A stretch of 41,116 nucleotides of DNA from Candidatus Eiseniibacteriota bacterium (GTDB taxonomy: Bacteria; Eisenbacteria; RBG-16-71-46; JABDJR01; JAWXBZ01), in the NCBI GenBank assembly GCA_034440375.1, contig JAWXBZ010000020.1, positions 1 to 41,116 on the forward strand, written 5' to 3'. A program made the position numbers and the translations under genes. The notes under the pieces are model-generated. The model had not been told where the DNA came from. It searched no databases and was given only the letters and a program-made list of their open reading frames with translations. Shown here piece after piece: positions 38,190 to 41,116 of this stretch (the first letter of the stretch is position 1; every line of letters starts with the position of its first letter).

Positions 38190-38705
38190 TCAGCTACGGG
38201 CCTTGAGGCCGACGTCGACCCCGAGGAGCGGAAAGTCCTTCCGCAGCGGATAGCCTTCGAAATCCTCGGGCATCAAGGCCCGGCGCAAGTCCGGGTGATT
38301 CGTGAACTTGATGCCGAAAAAGTCGTAGACCTCGCGTTCCTGCCAGTTGGCCACCATCCAGATGTCACTGAGCGTGGGCAGCTCCGGATTTTCACCGTCG
38401 GTGAAGACCTCGAACAGGAATTGCGTCTTCTCCTTCATGTGCGTGAGCATGTAGACGACCTTGAATCGCGGTTCGTCGGGGTAGAAGTCCACGCCGCTCA
38501 TGCTCGAGAGCATTTGATAGCCGAGCGAGTCGCGCAGGTGGAAAGCCACTTCGCGCATCTGCCCGGCATTCACGGTGATCTGCCAGTCGCCCCGGAATTC
38601 ACGCCAGTTGGACACGGCATCGCCGAACCTGGACTGCAATTCCATGGCCGTGGATTGGCCGTAGCCGGTGCCGTGAGTCATGGCGGCTTTGGTGGGCCGG
38701 GTCAT
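38190..38705 (-). CDS. nuoC: NADH-quinone oxidoreductase subunit C (not fused to D)
   Basis: GVDF, ANWQEREVYDFFGIKFTNHPDLRR, GYPLRKDFP; 171 aa; ATGA overlap with nuoA. Confidence 0.94.
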   Translation of the reverse strand: MTRPTKAAMTHGTGYGQSTAMELQSRFGDAVSNWREFRGDWQITVNAGQMREVAFHLRDSLGYQMLSSMSGVDFYPDEPRFKVVYMLTHMKEKTQFLFEVFTDGENPELPTLSDIWMVANWQEREVYDFFGIKFTNHPDLRRALMPEDFEGYPLRKDFPLLGVDVGLKARS

Positions 38706-39187
38706 GGCGCCCCCTCCACCTTCCGACGGGCCGGCGTTTCCCACTCGTACTCGATCCCGAGCATCCGGGCCCGCGGTCCACCGATGGTGCGATCCGTGGT
38801 GTAGGCACGAAGATCGGCCGGCTCGAGCTGTTCGCTCCAGTCCAGCGCCCCTCGCTTCCAGACATACACGTAGCCGACCAGCAGGATGATCATGAACACA
38901 GCCATCTCGATCAGCCCGAACATCCCCAGCTTCTTGAAACTGACCGCCCAGGGATAAAGAAAGACCGTCTCCAGATCGAAGACGATGAAAAGCATGGCCA
39001 CGACATAAAACCGCACCGAGTGACGCAGCCGGGCATCCCCCACCGGATCCACGCCGCACTCATAGGCCGCGTCCTTGATCCGATCCGCCTGCCGTGGCGC
39101 CAGCAGAAACGAAATCCCCAGCGTCAGCACCGGAAATCCAGTCGCCAGGACCAGCATGACAAGGATCGGGAGATAGTCGAGTGCCAT
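38702..39187 (-). CDS. nuoA: NADH-quinone oxidoreductase subunit A with C-terminal extension
   Basis: YECG, FYVVAMLFIVFDLETVFLYPWA, WKRGALDW then ~44 extra residues. Confidence 0.95.
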   Translation of the reverse strand: MALDYLPILVMLVLATGFPVLTLGISFLLAPRQADRIKDAAYECGVDPVGDARLRHSVRFYVVAMLFIVFDLETVFLYPWAVSFKKLGMFGLIEMAVFMIILLVGYVYVWKRGALDWSEQLEPADLRAYTTDRTIGGPRARMLGIEYEWETPARRKVEGAP

Positions 39188-39246
39188 CGTGTCGTTTGTC
39201 GTCTCAAAGGGATCAGGAAAACGCCGGAACGCATTAAGCGGACGGG

Positions 39247-39255
39247 ACCTTACCA
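39247..39255 (-). promoter_or_regulatory. candidate extended -10 of the nuo operon
   Basis: TGGTAAGGT on minus strand ~60 nt upstream of nuoA. Confidence 0.35.
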
Positions 39256-39359
39256 GCGCCGGCCATCAAAGGAAAGCCGACGCCCGGGCCACACCGCCCA
39301 GACGCCAAGGCGCTTGTGAAAAAAGGTGCAAGGCAGGATACGAAGGGGGGGTGGGGGTG

Positions 39360-39716
39360 TCAATGCGGGATGGGGAAGTGACTTTCCAAGTCCAATTGCA
39401 ACCTTAAACCGGAATAAATTGGTTTCAACTCACGAATGCGCCCATCCCAGGTGGGACGGTCACGTCTCTCGTGGAAAACTCCGGTAACCAGGACTTGGCC
39501 CTTTTCCACCACGTAGTAGACAACATACGGAAATCGATGAAGTTTGAATCGACGCGTGCGTAGCCCAATGAGTTGATGGACCTCCGGAAAATGCCGAGCC
39601 TCTGATATCCCGAATTGAACTGCGGACAGAAATCTCTGCCCGAGCAACGGCTGTCGGTTCTCGTACCAGTACGTGATCTCGTCGAGTTCGTCCTCTGCCT
39701 CAGGAATGACACTCAC
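39360..39716 (-). CDS. RelE/ParE-family toxin
   Basis: PEAEDELDEITYWYE...LGQRF...RRFKLHRFPYVVYY...GVFHERR. Confidence 0.85.
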   Translation of the reverse strand: MSVIPEAEDELDEITYWYENRQPLLGQRFLSAVQFGISEARHFPEVHQLIGLRTRRFKLHRFPYVVYYVVEKGQVLVTGVFHERRDRPTWDGRIRELKPIYSGLRLQLDLESHFPIPH

Positions 39717-39949
39717 CGGAAACGGCTCAGTTTGCGTTTCAGGCGCTCGATAACATCCTCGATCGTGGAATACGTCCCAGGACTTTCGATGTGGGCGCGC
39801 AGCCTCCGTAGCATCTCGTGCCGCTGGGCCGGACTGAGCCCAAGCTCCTCTGGCACTAGATACTCATCGCTCAATTCCTCGCGGGAAGCGAACTTGCCGC
39901 TCGAAGACGGTGAGATTTTTGATCTCGGCCTCTTGAGCTCGTCGCTCAT
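39713..39949 (-). CDS. putative addiction-module antitoxin
   Basis: 78 aa, LSPAQRHEMLRRLRAHIESPG...TIEDVIERL; GGAGG RBS; GTGA overlap with toxin. Confidence 0.75.
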   Translation of the reverse strand: MSDELKRPRSKISPSSSGKFASREELSDEYLVPEELGLSPAQRHEMLRRLRAHIESPGTYSTIEDVIERLKRKLSRFR

Positions 39950-40211
39950 TCAATGACCTCCAGAAATCGCTATCGACCCAACGCCACCCTCAATGCGGCC
40001 CACCAGAAAACGACCCTAACACCCCGTCCGCCCGACTCCGCAAGTGGAGATTTCACTGCCGCCTCACCCTCCCGGCCCTTTGCCGGTGCTCACGACGGGG
40101 CCAGTGGTGGGTGGACCTGGATTGTCGGAACGTTGGAGAAGGTGGTGGGGGGGGTGGCCTAGGGGCCGCGTTGCCTGGCAGGAAAGAACATTAGGCCCGC
40201 CCGCGGCGCCC

Positions 40212-40220
40212 TGCTATGCT
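40212..40220 (+). promoter_or_regulatory. extended -10 element
   Basis: TGCTATGCT ~60 nt upstream of the 40282 gene; AAGGAG RBS downstream. Confidence 0.5.
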
Positions 40221-40281
40221 CGGCGGTCCATGGCAGATGGTCCAGTTCCCTTCTTGAAAGCCACTTCAAAGGAGCCGCTTC

Positions 40282-40968
40282 ATGAACATCCTTGCTAAGG
40301 CAGCCACCCCCCTTCTGACGCTTTCAGCTCTGCTCGTCCTGAACTTGCCGTCGGCGGCCGTCGAAAACATCTCGTTTTTCAGCGGCAACGGTATCATTGG
40401 ACAACCCGACCCGATCGTCCGGTTCCTGGGTCTTGGAAGCTGCTGTGCCGAGTTTCCGGCGTTTACACCGGCGCACTTTGCGGCGGCGGCCGGCGGCCCA
40501 CCGGCCACGATCATTGGTCAGGCGCACCCGCTCTGGACTCCAGAGCTGTCATGCGATCCGGCTAGCGATGCGGCAGGCCAATGGGTCGGCGTCGCCCCGG
40601 GTGGCCCGCCGGAGACGGCCCTCTATGCCGTGACCTTCAATGTGCGGACTGCCTGCATCCTTTACGCAGAGCTCAACATCTGCTGGATGGTGGACGACGC
40701 CCTCGGCAGCCCCAACAACCCCGCCGGTCTCTATCTCAACGGCAATCCGATTCCGGCCGTCGCCGGCGGAAACTTCGGCGCGGCCACCTTCGTCGGGCCG
40801 ATTCCCGTGGGGGCCATGCTGACCCCCGGCCTGAATACCCTCTATCTCTATAACGCCGATATCGGTTCGGTGGTGAGCGGCGTCAATTTCCGTGTTGGGC
40901 TCCTCATCGAGGAGTGCGAACTCCCCGTCGAAGGCCGCACCTGGTCGAACATCAAGTCGCTCTTCTAG
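40282..40968 (+). CDS. secreted hypothetical protein with C-terminal TWxxIKxLF motif
   Basis: N-terminal signal peptide; beta-rich, Cys-containing body; ends LPVEGRTWSNIKSLF. Confidence 0.85.
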   Translation: MNILAKAATPLLTLSALLVLNLPSAAVENISFFSGNGIIGQPDPIVRFLGLGSCCAEFPAFTPAHFAAAAGGPPATIIGQAHPLWTPELSCDPASDAAGQWVGVAPGGPPETALYAVTFNVRTACILYAELNICWMVDDALGSPNNPAGLYLNGNPIPAVAGGNFGAATFVGPIPVGAMLTPGLNTLYLYNADIGSVVSGVNFRVGLLIEECELPVEGRTWSNIKSLF

Positions 40969-41027
40969 TCCGAACTCGCCGCCGGCCCGATATTGGGCTG
41001 TCAGTGCCCGGATTGATCCAAGTTTTG

Positions 41028-41063
41028 CGAGGCTGAATCGCGGCCATGGGCGGTTCAGCCTCG
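41028..41063. terminator. GC-rich hairpin, probable intrinsic terminator
   Basis: CGAGGCTGAA...TTCAGCCTCG inverted repeat followed by TTTC, downstream of the 40282 gene. Confidence 0.55.
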
Positions 41064-41088
41064 TTTCATACCCGGGAAGCCGCTCGAA

Positions 41089-41116
41089 ACAGGGAGTCGA
41101 GGACAGGGAGTCGAGG
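41089..41116. repeat. 14-bp tandem repeat reaching the window end
   Basis: ACAGGGAGTCGAGG x2 exact. Confidence 0.8.

Noticed and set aside
39950-40281. Possible ncRNA or riboswitch in the C-rich/G-rich intergenic region
   Set aside because: No recognisable family motif by eye; an Rfam/Infernal search would be needed

Overview
High-GC bacterial chromosomal window. A FlgD/T9SS-type C-terminal domain and a C-terminal TWxxIKxLF motif suggest an FCB-group candidate lineage such as Eisenbacteria/Krumholzibacteriota (inference). Left to right: 5' end of a probable SDR oxidoreductase; higBA; an ETF-QO + oppABCDF operon; an accessory patch (hicB + internally deleted hicA, membrane protein, membrane-anchored pseudokinase, AAA+/DUF4143 ATPase-nuclease); DUF1800-DUF1501; a beta-CASP nuclease; a GNAT-TrpF fusion; an EEP phosphoesterase; a ~10 kb minus-strand run of accessory genes (Tet-type MFS, beta-carbonic anhydrase, DUF4440, DinB, Mo-oxidoreductase, double GNAT, methyltransferase, Cpo-type hydrolase, tyrA); a complex I operon; a ParE-type TA pair; and a secreted protein. 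The most striking observation is that the complex I operon is a tightly coupled nuoA-C-E-F-H-J-K-L-M-N with no nuoB, nuoD, nuoG or nuoI. Also notable are repeated internal-deletion scars and gene fusions, and several probably leaderless genes. No rRNA, tRNA, CRISPR array, integrase or transposase was recognised. All family assignments are from motif recognition by eye, with no database searches.
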